Shown here one piece after another: positions 14,552 through 24,756 of a stretch of DNA of 64,000 bases. The stretch comes from Thermodesulfobacteriota bacterium (GTDB lineage: Bacteria; Desulfobacterota_D; UBA1144; Nemesobacterales; UBA2774): NCBI GenBank assembly GCA_965216785.1, contig OZ244197.1, positions 1,344,001-1,408,000 on the forward strand, in the 5' to 3' direction. Numbering within the stretch: the stretch's first letter is position 1; the number at the start of each line of letters is the position of its first letter. The translations under genes and the position numbers were made by a program. A model generated the notes under the pieces. The model saw nothing but the letters and a program-made list of their open reading frames with translations, was not told the origin of the DNA and searched no databases.

Positions 14552-15313
14552 ATGAAAAACTCAAGAACAGTGTATACAGCGTTATTCACGCTTTTAGTGT
14601 GTTTTCTGTTTGCGTTGCCAGGCTATGCTCAGGTAACGGAGACTTACTGTAGCACAGACGTGCCGGTTCAGATATTTGATAACACTACTGTAACGTCCGA
14701 TCTGAATGTGCCGGTTGCAGGAGAGATAGAGAATGTTATCGTAAAGCTGCAAATAGACCATACATGGATAAGCGACCTGGAAGTAGACCTGACATCTCCA
14801 CAATCAACTACTATTGATTTATTCACTGATATAGACGGATCTGGTGACGATTTTGGAACCACCTGTGTACCGATGCCTGATTTTATATTGGACGACGATG
14901 CAGTAACGCCGGTAACTTCATATACTGGCTTCTCGGGAGGTACGTTCTCACCTGAAGAGCCTTTAAGCACGTTTGCCGGGGAAGGGCAGTCTGGTCAATG
15001 GACTCTGTCGATATTTGACGATGCGGGCGGAGACGAAGGGTTTTTAAACTGCTGGTGTCTTCAGATTACGAGGGGTCAGACACAAGGGTGCTGTGTGATC
15101 GGCAACAGCGACTGTTTGGTAACTACAGAGGACGAATGCGCGGCAGAGGGTGGCTTATATGAGGGAGACGGCACTACCTGTGACGACGTACAGGCGTGCT
15201 TCATACGCCCTATACCGACTATGAGTGAGTGGGGAATGATGGCGTTTGCGGGAATATTGGGTGTTTCGGGATTAATATTCCTTATGTTACGCAGGCGAAG
15301 AGAAGCTGTTTAA
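14552..15313 (+). CDS. IPTL-CTERM surface protein with a proprotein-convertase P-domain
   Basis: Signal peptide; IDHTWISDL..L.SP and G.WTL.I.D...GD.G.L..W.L P-domain motifs; GCC Cys module; RPIPTMSEWG + TM helix + RRRR tail. Confidence 0.88.
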   Translation: MKNSRTVYTALFTLLVCFLFALPGYAQVTETYCSTDVPVQIFDNTTVTSDLNVPVAGEIENVIVKLQIDHTWISDLEVDLTSPQSTTIDLFTDIDGSGDDFGTTCVPMPDFILDDDAVTPVTSYTGFSGGTFSPEEPLSTFAGEGQSGQWTLSIFDDAGGDEGFLNCWCLQITRGQTQGCCVIGNSDCLVTTEDECAAEGGLYEGDGTTCDDVQACFIRPIPTMSEWGMMAFAGILGVSGLIFLMLRRRREAV

Positions 15314-15342
15314 TCAGAAAATACAAAAGCCATATAAATAAT

Positions 15343-15369
15343 AAAAAGGGAGCTTCGGCTCCCTTTTTT
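15343..15369 (+). terminator. intrinsic terminator, GGGAGC-TTCG-GCTCCC family
   Basis: A-tract, hairpin, T-tract after the IPTL gene. Confidence 0.85.
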
Positions 15370-15414
15370 GTTTCCACATGTACGCTAGATATTAAAGGGT
15401 GGAGTAGAAGGAAA

Positions 15415-15504
15415 GACTCGTTCCTTATCCTTAAGCCCTCAAAAGAGAGGGACAGCATGAACCTGCCCCTTAAATGCAAAAACTGGTTAAAGCATCATCT
15501 CTAA
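15415..15504 (+). pseudogene. 3'-terminal fragment duplicating the gene at 10261-10527
   Basis: 90 bp aligns without gaps to 10438-10527 with 13 mismatches counted by eye; DSFLILKPSKERDSMNLPLKCKNWLKHHL versus DSLLILKPSKEWDSMNLPLKCKTWLKNHL. Confidence 0.88.
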
Positions 15505-15574
15505 TTATCCTGTTATACCAGGGTGTTATAGCGCTTAATTGTCAGAATTAAGATCAGGTGCTATTATCATTATT

Positions 15575-16630
15575 ATGATCATAGGTGTCCCCAAAGAAAG
15601 AAAAGTACAGGAATATAGGGTTGCGCTTACACCCCAGGCGGTACGGGTACTGACCGAGCACGGTCACAAAGTTTTTGTCGAAAAAGGCGCGGGGCTCGGC
15701 AGCGGAATTTCAGATCGGGACTTCAAAAAAGCGGGCGCTCAGATTGCGTCCTCAGAAAAAGCGCTATTTCAGAAATCTGAGCTGATCGTAAAAGTTAAAG
15801 AGCCTCTTCCCGAAGAGTATCCCCTGATTAAAGAGCACCATATTATTTTCAGCTATCTTCATCTAGCTGCAGTGCCGAAGCTAGTGACAGCTCTTAAGAA
15901 AAGTAAATGCCGGGCGATGGCATTTGAAACTGTGGAGCTTCCGGACGGCTCTCTCCCGCTCCTTAGTCCCATGAGCCGTGTTGCCGGTAGGCTTTCGGTT
16001 CAGGTGGGAGTACACTTCCTTCAGAAGTCAAAGGGTGGTAAGGGAGTGCTGCTGAGCGGCGCCGGGGGAGTCAGGACGGGGCGTGTAACCGTCATTGGAG
16101 GCGGCACAGTGGGTTTCAACGCCGTTCTCTCCGCGCTCGGGCTGGGGGCCGAAGTGACCGTGATTGATATTGATCAAAGGAAACTGGAGTTCTTTTACGA
16201 GCATTTTGAGGGCCGCGTTAAAACACGCCCATCATACCCTGAGGTTATTGAAGAGGAAATGCAAAGATCGGACCTGGTCGTGGGGGCTGTACTGGTAACC
16301 GGGTTAAAGGCTCCAAAGGTTGTAACTAAAAAGATGATCTCTCAGATGGAAGAGGGCAGCGTGTTCGCTGACGTCGCGATTGATCAGGGCGGGTGCTCAG
16401 AGACAAGCAGACCCACTACGCACGACGCTCCGGTTTATAAGCAAAACGGCGTAATCCACTACTGTGTTACCAACATGCCCTCCCTGGTTTCAAAAACCTC
16501 GACATACTCACTGTCAAATACAATCCTCCCATATGTCATGAAAGTTGCCCGTGGCGATACCGATGGAGACGAATCTCTTAAGAAGGGTATAAACGTAGAT
16601 AAGGGCAAACTGCTTATAAAGTTAGTATAA
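15575..16630 (+). CDS. ald: alanine dehydrogenase
   Basis: [51 protein letters not shown]. Confidence 0.95.
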   Translation: MIIGVPKERKVQEYRVALTPQAVRVLTEHGHKVFVEKGAGLGSGISDRDFKKAGAQIASSEKALFQKSELIVKVKEPLPEEYPLIKEHHIIFSYLHLAAVPKLVTALKKSKCRAMAFETVELPDGSLPLLSPMSRVAGRLSVQVGVHFLQKSKGGKGVLLSGAGGVRTGRVTVIGGGTVGFNAVLSALGLGAEVTVIDIDQRKLEFFYEHFEGRVKTRPSYPEVIEEEMQRSDLVVGAVLVTGLKAPKVVTKKMISQMEEGSVFADVAIDQGGCSETSRPTTHDAPVYKQNGVIHYCVTNMPSLVSKTSTYSLSNTILPYVMKVARGDTDGDESLKKGINVDKGKLLIKLV

Positions 16631-16799
16631 AACTCATAACTCAATCTTGCAACAAAATTACGGCAGGTGGTGGTGTATTTTGTTGCAGGTGACAATATTT
16701 GTTTTTGACTATGCAATCTTTGCGCGGATAAAATCGTTGATCAGTACAAATGGTCTCTCTAAGTTATTGCAATTATTGCATATTGTGCTCTGCTCTACG

Positions 16800-16815
16800 T
16801 GGCATAAACATTGCA
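16800..16815 (+). promoter_or_regulatory. sigma-54 (-24/-12) promoter of the S8 protease gene
   Basis: TGGCAT-AAACA-TTGCA. Confidence 0.65.
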
Positions 16816-16933
16816 CCTAATTACTTGCTGGGTAGTATGATAACTAAAAAATTTATGTGGATATCACATAAAATTTTGATTATTGTTATTTGAGGTTGGA
16901 TAAAACATACCAAAAGATTCGGAGGATGCACAG

Positions 16934-19798
16934 ATGTTCAGAGCGTTTATACCAACTAGAAATTATTTAATACCTCTTGCACTTATTCTGATCATAGCCT
17001 TAGGCTTTCAGTTCTCCTATGCGCAGAATGAGGAGTCCCTAGATGGAGAATTCATTGACGGAGAACTCGTAGTCAAGGTTCTTCCCGGTGCGGACACAGA
17101 AGCTCTTGAGCAGGATCTACAAGCCGATGGCAATACTATAGTTGAGACAATTCCTGATCTAGGCGTGATTGTGGTTGAGGTTCCTCTGAATGTTCCCGTA
17201 AGCTCGGCTGAGGCCGTGATTGCGGAGGACCCTGACGTTGAATACGTCGAGAAAAACTTTATCGTGCACGCCGATGTAACCCCCAACGATTCCGGATACA
17301 GCCTGCAGTCAAGTTACTTCAATGTAGTAGACGCCCCTCAAGCCTGGGATAACATGACTGGGGATGCTGACGTGGTCATAGCGGTCCTTGATACTGGCGT
17401 TAGAAGCACTCATCAGGATATAGGGAAGCTGGTTCCGGGGTGCAATACGCTCGGCAGTTTTACAGAGAATAGCTGCGGAAGCAACACGGGCGATGTCCAC
17501 GGCCACGGCACTGGTGTTGCGGGTACCGCAGCCGCGCTTTCGAACAACGGAACGGGCGCTGCCGGTATGTGCTGGGGCTGCTCTGTTATGCCCGTGAAAG
17601 TGCTTGGTGACAACGGCTCCGGACCGACAACGGACGTGGTGCAGGGCATAATGTACGCCACTAATTACGCAATAAATAATCCGACTAAAAGAGTCATCAT
17701 AAATATGAGTCTCGGGCGCAGCTGCACGAGCATTTCATCTTTAGAGCAGGATGCTATCGACTTTGCGTGGAATAATAACGTACTCGTCATAACCTCGGCT
17801 GGTAACTCCGGGAACGATAACACGCAGTGTCCTGCGAGCGCCGCTAACGCTATAGCGGTGTCAGCGACTACAACGAGCGACACGCTAGCCAGTTTTTCTA
17901 GCTTCGGCAACTTTGTAGACCTGGCGGCTCCGGGTGTGAGCATCTATAACGCCAGAGGTACAGGGAACTCCGCATATACATTTTGGTCGGGAACATCGTT
18001 CTCATCACCGAATGTAGCGGGTGTAGCAGGGCTTATTTGGTCCGCGAACCCTAGCCTTACAAACGCTCAGGTCGATCAGATTCTTAGAAATACCGCGGAT
18101 AATATAGGCAGCTCTTATTTCTTTGGGGACGGCAGAGTGAACGCCGATAAGGCTGTAGATGAAGCGCTTGGCGGGGGACCACCACCAACTCCTCCACCGG
18201 GCGGGGGCGCGGTACTAGCTCAGTTAGACCCTGGTGCTACAGGTGGTAATACGATTCAGGTAACGGGAGCTCCTCCAGGGGCTACAGTGAAGTTTAAATA
18301 CTCGTTTAATAACGGCACAAAAGTAATTCCGGGCTCGGTATGCGCGGGTGAAACACTTAATCTAAGCCAGCCTAAAACGCTGGGCAACACTACCGCGGAC
18401 TCAGAGGGGAACGCGACGCTGAACGTCAACCTGGACAGCAGTTTCTCAGGAAAGACCATGCACATTCAAGCGCGTGTGGAAACGGACGTGTGCGATATTA
18501 CGAATAAAGTAGTACAGGCTATAAGTGGATCTCCACCGCCACCACCACCACCTCCTCCTCCGCCTCCACCTCCACCTCCTCCTCCACCTCCACCTCCACC
18601 ACCACCACCGCCTCCTCCTCCCGGAGGTGAAGCAGTGCTCGGCGGATTAGATCCGGGCTCTGTAGGCGGTAACGCAATCACCGTGACGGGAGCTCCTCCA
18701 GGGGCTACAGTGAAGTTTAAGTACTCGTTTAATGACGGCATAAAAGTAATCCCGGGCTCGGTATGCGCGGGTGAAACACTTAATCTAAGCCAGCCTAAAA
18801 CGCTGGGCAACACTACCGCGGACTCAGAGGGGAACGCGACGCTGAACGTCAACCTGGACAGCAGTTTCTCAGGAAAGACCATGCACATTCAAGCGCGTGT
18901 GGAAACGGATGTGTGCGATATTACGAATAAAGTAGTACAGGCTATAAGTGGATCTCCACCACCACCACCTCCTCCTCCGCCTCCTCCTCCGCCACCACCA
19001 CCACCTCCCCCTTCCGGAGGTGAAGCAGTGCTCGGCGGATTAGATCCGGGCTCTGTAGGCGGTAACGCAATCACCGTGACGGGAGCGCCTCCAGGGGCTA
19101 CAGTGAAGTTTAAGTACTCGTTTTTTAACGGTACAAAAGTAATTCCGGGCTCGGTATGCGCTGGTGAAACACTTAATCTAAGCCAGCCTAAAACGCTGGG
19201 CAACACTACCGCGGACTCAGAGGGGAACGCGACGCTGAACGTCAACCTGGACAGCAGTTTCTCAGGAAAGACCATGCACATTCAAGCGCGTGTGGAAACG
19301 GACGTGTGCGATATTACGAATAAAGTCGTGCAGGTTATAAACGAATCGGGCGGGTCACCACCTCCGCCACTTGATATTCAAACTCAGGTGCTCGATCTTG
19401 TAAATCAGGCCAGGTCCCAGCCCAGAAACTGTGGCAGCACATTTTTCCCCGCTGTTTCTCCTGTCAGCTGGGATGACCGGGTAGAAAGCGCAGCCATCGT
19501 ACACTCGCAAGATATGGCTCAAAATGAGTTTTTAGACCATACAGGCTCTAACGGCTCAAGTGCTGGTGACAGACTTCTTGACCAGGGTTATGACTGGAAT
19601 GCCTGGGGCGAAAATATACTGGTCGGTTCGGATGATGCAGCCGGCGCGATTAATGGTTGGCTAAATTCCCCAGATCACTGCAGCGCCATTATGGATCCGG
19701 TATATCAAGATATAGGAGCGGGTGCCGCCGAGGGAGTATATAATGGTGTAGCAGCTACATACTGGACGCTAGTTTTCGGATCTAACGGAGGCTCTTAA
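16934..19798 (+). CDS. secreted subtilisin-like S8 peptidase with three repeated domains, polyproline linkers and a C-terminal CAP domain
   Basis: Catalytic triad motifs LDTG, HGTGVAG, GTSFSSP; P30 and P19 linkers; CAP motifs HSQDMA, H.GS.GS, GENI, WLNSPDHC. Confidence 0.9.
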   Translation: MFRAFIPTRNYLIPLALILIIALGFQFSYAQNEESLDGEFIDGELVVKVLPGADTEALEQDLQADGNTIVETIPDLGVIVVEVPLNVPVSSAEAVIAEDPDVEYVEKNFIVHADVTPNDSGYSLQSSYFNVVDAPQAWDNMTGDADVVIAVLDTGVRSTHQDIGKLVPGCNTLGSFTENSCGSNTGDVHGHGTGVAGTAAALSNNGTGAAGMCWGCSVMPVKVLGDNGSGPTTDVVQGIMYATNYAINNPTKRVIINMSLGRSCTSISSLEQDAIDFAWNNNVLVITSAGNSGNDNTQCPASAANAIAVSATTTSDTLASFSSFGNFVDLAAPGVSIYNARGTGNSAYTFWSGTSFSSPNVAGVAGLIWSANPSLTNAQVDQILRNTADNIGSSYFFGDGRVNADKAVDEALGGGPPPTPPPGGGAVLAQLDPGATGGNTIQVTGAPPGATVKFKYSFNNGTKVIPGSVCAGETLNLSQPKTLGNTTADSEGNATLNVNLDSSFSGKTMHIQARVETDVCDITNKVVQAISGSPPPPPPPPPPPPPPPPPPPPPPPPPPPPPPGGEAVLGGLDPGSVGGNAITVTGAPPGATVKFKYSFNDGIKVIPGSVCAGETLNLSQPKTLGNTTADSEGNATLNVNLDSSFSGKTMHIQARVETDVCDITNKVVQAISGSPPPPPPPPPPPPPPPPPPPSGGEAVLGGLDPGSVGGNAITVTGAPPGATVKFKYSFFNGTKVIPGSVCAGETLNLSQPKTLGNTTADSEGNATLNVNLDSSFSGKTMHIQARVETDVCDITNKVVQVINESGGSPPPPLDIQTQVLDLVNQARSQPRNCGSTFFPAVSPVSWDDRVESAAIVHSQDMAQNEFLDHTGSNGSSAGDRLLDQGYDWNAWGENILVGSDDAAGAINGWLNSPDHCSAIMDPVYQDIGAGAAEGVYNGVAATYWTLVFGSNGGS
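18208..19340 (+). repeat. three near-identical intragenic repeats of about 105 aa separated by CCN-rich tracts
   Basis: TGAPPGATVKFKYSF...ARVETDVCDITNKVVQ occurs three times, nearly identical at DNA level. Confidence 0.95.
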
Positions 19799-19915
19799 TC
19801 TGTAAAGAATACAGGAGTGTTTTTGGAATCCGATCTATGTGATAATAAGAATAAAGTCGTGCAGTTTATTCTATGATATTAAAGTAAGCTAGAGTTTTGA
19901 GTACTTTAAATGAGA

Positions 19916-19953
19916 GGCGCCCCATGTGAATATAGCCATGGGGCGCTTTTTTT
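19916..19953 (+). terminator. intrinsic terminator
   Basis: GCGCCCCATG...CATGGGGCGC followed by a T-tract. Confidence 0.8.
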
Positions 19954-20046
19954 ATGTCCAAGGATATCCTTAATATAGGAGTGGCTGTTAAGCGTAGGGC
20001 CGTAATTACTTGACACTTATATTTTTATCCAAATACTATAGACTTC

Positions 20047-21009
20047 ATGAATAGAGTGATTGCTGAGAATAAGTTGTTTGTAATTTTATTCCTTACGTTT
20101 TCTATGCTGTTTGTTATAAGCTGCGGTTCGAAAACTACTCCTAAAGATATGAATGACGAGCAGCTCTACGAGGCTGCCGTAGAAGAGCTTCAGGGAAAGG
20201 GTGGGGGATTCCCGTGGATATTCGGGGGAAAGGACTACGATACTATTTTGAAGCTGCTTAAGGAAGTACAGCTACGCTATACATATAGCCCCTACGCGAC
20301 CCTCGCGGAGCTCAGAACAGCGGATACGTATTTTGATAGGGGAGAGTATGAGACGGCAGCGATTGAGTACGAAGAATTCTTAAAGCGCCACCCCGGCCAT
20401 AAGGAGGCCCCCTATGCAACATACAGGCTTGGCCTCTCCTTTTATAAAGAGATAAGAAGCCCAGACAGAGACCCTACGTTTACAAGACAATCGCTTAAGT
20501 GGTTTACAATATTTGTAGAAGAATACCCCGGCTCTCCGCTAGTTCCGGACGCGGAGCAGAGGATCCAGAAGTGCCGTGACCGTCTTGCCAAGAGGGAGAT
20601 TCTGATTGGTAATTTCTACAATAAACGCAAGAACTATAAAGCCGCGGCCAGCCGCTACAGTGTCGTGGTCGAGGAATACCCAGACAGCAATAAGTTCGAG
20701 GAGGCTCTTTACCTACTGGGAAGGGCCTATGCAAAGGCAGACCAGTACGAGCTCGCAGAGGCTACACTGAACACTCTTGTAGAACAGTATCCGGACGATA
20801 AGTACTCGGGGAAAGCCTCTTCGCTTCTAAACGATATACAGGGCAAGTCCGCTCTACCACCCGATGTAGAGGTTGAAACGGTTGAACAGATCGACGAGGT
20901 TCAAGAGATAGAGACTATTGAAGGCGCTGACGGGACCCCGGAAGTCGAAGAGATAGACGAGATCGAAGAGGTTCAAGAGGAAGAAGTAATAGAGGAAGTA
21001 CCTCAGTAA
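20047..21009 (+). CDS. bamD: outer membrane protein assembly factor BamD
   Basis: Lipobox VISC, TPR repeats, DRDPT motif, LAKREILIGNFY, YKAAASRY; acidic C-terminal tail. Confidence 0.9.
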   Translation: MNRVIAENKLFVILFLTFSMLFVISCGSKTTPKDMNDEQLYEAAVEELQGKGGGFPWIFGGKDYDTILKLLKEVQLRYTYSPYATLAELRTADTYFDRGEYETAAIEYEEFLKRHPGHKEAPYATYRLGLSFYKEIRSPDRDPTFTRQSLKWFTIFVEEYPGSPLVPDAEQRIQKCRDRLAKREILIGNFYNKRKNYKAAASRYSVVVEEYPDSNKFEEALYLLGRAYAKADQYELAEATLNTLVEQYPDDKYSGKASSLLNDIQGKSALPPDVEVETVEQIDEVQEIETIEGADGTPEVEEIDEIEEVQEEEVIEEVPQ

Positions 21010-21011
21010 GT

Positions 21012-21467
21012 ATGAAATTCCTTTCTTATATCGTCTTAATTCCCCTGTTATTATTGCTCGCTTGCACAAACTCCCAGAATAAGGAGATCGAACAGGTCCT
21101 GACTGTAAGAGAAGAGGCTCTTGAGTCAAAGAATGCTGATTTGTATCTGACTCTGGTCTCACCGGATTATAGTGAGGAGCGGGACGGTAAGACTCTAGGG
21201 CTTGAAGATATGAAGAAAAATTTTCTTACCAACGTCTCTCTATTTGATGATCTGGAGATTTCTCACTCTGATAGAAGCATATATTTAAAAGAAAATAAAG
21301 CGGATGTGTTTCAGATAACCAAGGTTACAGCTTCGATTAACGACAGCAAAAGCGTGTTCAAATTGAGTGAGAAGATCGCTATTGAGAAGATAGGGGGTAA
21401 ATGGCTTATCGTTAAGGAATCGGACGCCGATTACTTTGACGGGTACGTGTTCGGCGGCAGTAAGTAA
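21012..21467 (+). CDS. NTF2-like lipoprotein
   Basis: Lipobox LLAC, LVSPDY, C-terminal GGKWLI. Confidence 0.65.
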   Translation: MKFLSYIVLIPLLLLLACTNSQNKEIEQVLTVREEALESKNADLYLTLVSPDYSEERDGKTLGLEDMKKNFLTNVSLFDDLEISHSDRSIYLKENKADVFQITKVTASINDSKSVFKLSEKIAIEKIGGKWLIVKESDADYFDGYVFGGSK

Positions 21468-21474
21468 CCCAAAT

Positions 21475-21837
21475 TTACATTCCAAACTGTTTTTCTACTT
21501 GTTCCTGCTCTTCCTTACAGTCAATACAAAGAGTTGTTTCGGGCCTTACTTCGAGCCTGTCTTCCGTAATTTCTTCATCGCAGACTTCACAGATGCCGTA
21601 GCTTCCGTCCTCTGTCCTCTTTATCGCTTCCTGTATCTTTTTTATAAGTTTTCTTTCCCGGTCTCTTTTTCTAAGCTCAATGGTTCTGTTGGATTCGTTA
21701 AGGGCCCTGTCGAGCGGGTCGGGAAAGGTCCCGTCCCCTCGGCTCAAGCTGCTTACCGTATCTTCAGCTATACCCAGGAGGCTGGCTAGTCTTTTGATCA
21801 GTACGTCTCTGTAGTGCTCGCGCTTTCCATTATTCAT
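21475..21837 (-). CDS. dksA: RNA polymerase-binding factor DksA
   Basis: DPLDRA coiled-coil tip and C4 zinc finger CEVC...CIDC. Confidence 0.9.
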   Translation of the reverse strand: MNNGKREHYRDVLIKRLASLLGIAEDTVSSLSRGDGTFPDPLDRALNESNRTIELRKRDRERKLIKKIQEAIKRTEDGSYGICEVCDEEITEDRLEVRPETTLCIDCKEEQEQVEKQFGM

Positions 21838-22026
21838 ACGGTGAAATTATATCATCTATGGCGAATGCTGTAAATCATAAAAAGCTGTGTAGTAGGCATG
21901 AATACTGTGTAAATAGGTGTTACCGCGCCCTTGTTTTTAATAGATATGGGCAAATAGATGTTTTTATAAATACAGTTACTATTATGTGCAGGGCACATAC
22001 TAAATAGCATACAAGAGGCAAAACAT

Positions 22027-22899
22027 TTGAGTAGATTGATACAACTTACGTTCAAGGCGTCCGAAGAGGCTCGCGCGCTTCTCTCGGATTATCTGTTGGG
22101 ACTCGGCTCAGAAGGAGTGGCGGAGGATATCGGGGAGGGGGGTATGTATGATTTCTCGGCCTATTTTCCTATGGACGAGGACCTGGGGGAAGTCATTAAA
22201 GCTCTTAAGGGCTATTTCTCTATACTAAAGGACAGTATGCCGGATATTGAAATAAGCGATATTAAGGCGCGCCAAATACACAGCTCGAGCTGGATGGTGT
22301 GGCGGGAGCTGCTGAATATGGTGCGGGCAGGCAGGAGGATCGTCATTATCCCCCCTTGGGTAGAGCATAGTGCCGTAGATGATGAAATTGTATTAGAGAT
22401 AAACCCCTCGCTTGCTTTCGGCACGGGGCATCACGAGAGCACCAGATTGTGTCTTGCGGGGATCGAAGAGATCATAGACGGGGGCTCGGTCGGGAGTATA
22501 CTTGACGTAGGGTGCGGGAGCGGCATCCTGTCCATTTGCGCAGCGCTTCTCGGAGTGCCGGATATAAGCGGTTTTGACATGGACCCGGTGGCTGTAAAGG
22601 AGTCTCACAAAAACGCCGGGAATAACTCGGTCGGGGGCAAAATAAAGTTCTTTACCGGACTCATTGACAGCGCGGAGGGAAGCTATGACTTAATTGTCGC
22701 TAACGTCTATGTTGAGCCAATACTCTCGATGAAAGAAGCTTTTAGTGAAAGACTCGCCCCCGGCGGGAGCCTGGTTGTCTCGGGTATTCCCGTCTCCCGC
22801 GGTAAGGAGGTTGTAGAGGGGCTCGGCAGTGAAGGGTTTAAAGTGCATAAAGAGCGTACTGAGGGCGATTGGATCTCTTTTGAGCTTAGAAAAGATTAA
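22027..22899 (+). CDS. prmA: ribosomal protein L11 methyltransferase
   Basis: INPSLAFGTGHHESTRLCL and LDVGCGSGIL; TTG start. Confidence 0.92.
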   Translation: MSRLIQLTFKASEEARALLSDYLLGLGSEGVAEDIGEGGMYDFSAYFPMDEDLGEVIKALKGYFSILKDSMPDIEISDIKARQIHSSSWMVWRELLNMVRAGRRIVIIPPWVEHSAVDDEIVLEINPSLAFGTGHHESTRLCLAGIEEIIDGGSVGSILDVGCGSGILSICAALLGVPDISGFDMDPVAVKESHKNAGNNSVGGKIKFFTGLIDSAEGSYDLIVANVYVEPILSMKEAFSERLAPGGSLVVSGIPVSRGKEVVEGLGSEGFKVHKERTEGDWISFELRKD

Positions 22900-22991
22900 T
22901 CCCATGTGTTATTTACTAGAATTATTGATATACACGGTGCTCTGAGTAAACTCATAGCCCTTTACTAATACATTTTATCAAGGTGAGTGCA

Positions 22992-24026
22992 ATGTCGTCC
23001 TTTAAAACAATAGAATGGAAAGATGATAAGGTAGTAATGATCGATCAGCGCAAGCTTCCCGGGGAAGAGACCTATAATGAGTACACCACATATGAAGAGG
23101 TAGCTGAGGCCATAAGGAGTATGGTCATAAGGGGCGCGCCCGCGATAGGCGTCGCCGCCGCGATGGGTATTGCAATCGGGGCTCTTCATACGAGTGTATC
23201 TGACAGGGACGAGTTCGTATCTGAGGTTAAGCGGATAGCGGAGGTCATAAAGGGTACAAGACCCACAGCGGTCAATTTGTTCTGGGCGGCGGACAGGATG
23301 CTCGGTGTGCTTGATAATAACGATAAAGATGTCCAGGGGCTTAAGCAGGACCTGGTGGAAGAGGCCAAAAAGGTTCTGGATGAGGATATAGAGACGTGCA
23401 AACGGCTCGGCTACATAGGCTCTGATCTTATCGATGACGGAATGACAGTACTCACTCACTGTAACGCGGGCGCTCTGGCCACCGGTGGCTACGGTACGGC
23501 GCTTGGGGTGATCAGGGCCGCAAGTGAAGCGGGTAAAAAGATAAAAGTTATAGCCACCGAGACAAGACCCTTTCTTCAGGGGGCAAGGCTCACGGCCTGG
23601 GAGCTTGATCAGGACGGGATCCCCGTATCTCTGATTACCGATAACATGGTCGGGCATATGATGAGCAGGGGAGTAGTGGACGCCGTCGTACTGGGCGCCG
23701 ACCGGATTGCGTCGAACGGTGATGTGGCCAACAAGATCGGGACCTACACAATCTCGGTGCTCGCTAAATCTCACGGTATACCGTTTTACGTCGCGGCTCC
23801 CGTGTCAACTATCGATTACGAGTGTCCTGACGGTTTGAGCATCCCTATTGAAGAAAGAGACCGCAGTGAGGTGACGCACATAAGGGGAGCTAAGATAGCC
23901 CCGGACGTAGACGTTTTTAATCCTGCGTTTGATATTACGCCAGCCGGCAATGTAAAATCGATAATCACAGAGGCCGGGATTGCCCGGGAGCCTTACAAAG
24001 AGACGCTTAAGGGATTAAAGAAATAG
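22992..24026 (+). CDS. mtnA: methylthioribose-1-phosphate isomerase
   Basis: [47 protein letters not shown]. Confidence 0.96.
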   Translation: MSSFKTIEWKDDKVVMIDQRKLPGEETYNEYTTYEEVAEAIRSMVIRGAPAIGVAAAMGIAIGALHTSVSDRDEFVSEVKRIAEVIKGTRPTAVNLFWAADRMLGVLDNNDKDVQGLKQDLVEEAKKVLDEDIETCKRLGYIGSDLIDDGMTVLTHCNAGALATGGYGTALGVIRAASEAGKKIKVIATETRPFLQGARLTAWELDQDGIPVSLITDNMVGHMMSRGVVDAVVLGADRIASNGDVANKIGTYTISVLAKSHGIPFYVAAPVSTIDYECPDGLSIPIEERDRSEVTHIRGAKIAPDVDVFNPAFDITPAGNVKSIITEAGIAREPYKETLKGLKK

Positions 24027-24038
24027 CATTTTCCAAGA

Positions 24039-24428
24039 TTAACCCCTTTCAAGGTCTTCCTGACAGGACAGGCATAGTTTTGTGAATAGCATGGCGCTCA
24101 GTCTTTCTTTGTCGATTTCCTCATCGCATGACTCGCATACGCCGTAGGTGCCTGCTTCGATTCTTTTGAGCGCGTCGTCAACTAAGGTGAGCTTTTCCCT
24201 CTCTCTGTCCGCAAGCATGAGAGCGAGCTCACGGTCCCTGTCGCTTGAGGCATGGTCATAGAAATCGCCTATATCGTGCTTAAGATGGTCCGATTCCGCG
24301 CGCATGGACTGCGATACTTCCTGAAGGAGCTCCTTTCTCATCTGCAGGAGCTGCTCTTTGATTTGGTTCTTCCAGGTTCTTTTGGGCTTCCTGGTTTGTT
24401 TTTTCTTAGTTTCTTTAGCTTTAGCCAT
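24039..24428 (-). CDS. TraR/DksA family zinc-finger protein (second paralogue)
   Basis: GDFYDHA tip, YGVCESC...CLSC, Lys-rich N-terminus. Confidence 0.88.
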   Translation of the reverse strand: MAKAKETKKKQTRKPKRTWKNQIKEQLLQMRKELLQEVSQSMRAESDHLKHDIGDFYDHASSDRDRELALMLADREREKLTLVDDALKRIEAGTYGVCESCDEEIDKERLSAMLFTKLCLSCQEDLERG

Positions 24429-24756
24429 CTGAAGGATGTTTCTCCCTGAGAGTTTGATTGTTAACGTACAGCTTGAGATAAATGCTTAGAAACTACACAT
24501 TAATTGATGCTAAGAGATACTGTAACTAACCGCCACAACACAATATACAGCCGAAATCCCGCTTCTCCGCTTATCCCCGAAGGGTATATTAAGATAAGTA
24601 CATAAAACAGTTTGTCAAGTCCCGATATTAAAGCGGGTTCTTATCGCGCGCGCGGGCTCCTGTATTCAGCGTACGGTCCCAGGCGGCAGTTGCTGTCCGT
24701 CTTGCGTAAAAATATTAATTGCTTAAAATAACGTAGCTGAGGTTCAGGAAGCTCAT

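Noticed and set aside
15229-15504. 91-aa ORF ending in ...LKCKNWLKHHL
   Set aside because: It runs through a terminator and only its last 29 codons are homologous to the 10261 gene, so it is a fragment.
18256-19281. Three antisense poly-Gly ORFs
   Set aside because: They are shadows of the polyproline repeats on the coding strand.
22965-23774. 269-aa antisense ORF over mtnA, and similar long antisense ORFs over panBC, scpA, queC and the IPTL gene at 48064
   Set aside because: They lie opposite well-conserved genes and show no recognisable motifs.
24430-24600. Possible 6S RNA upstream of the second dksA
   Set aside because: No end-to-end pairing or central bubble could be built; treated as a 5' leader.
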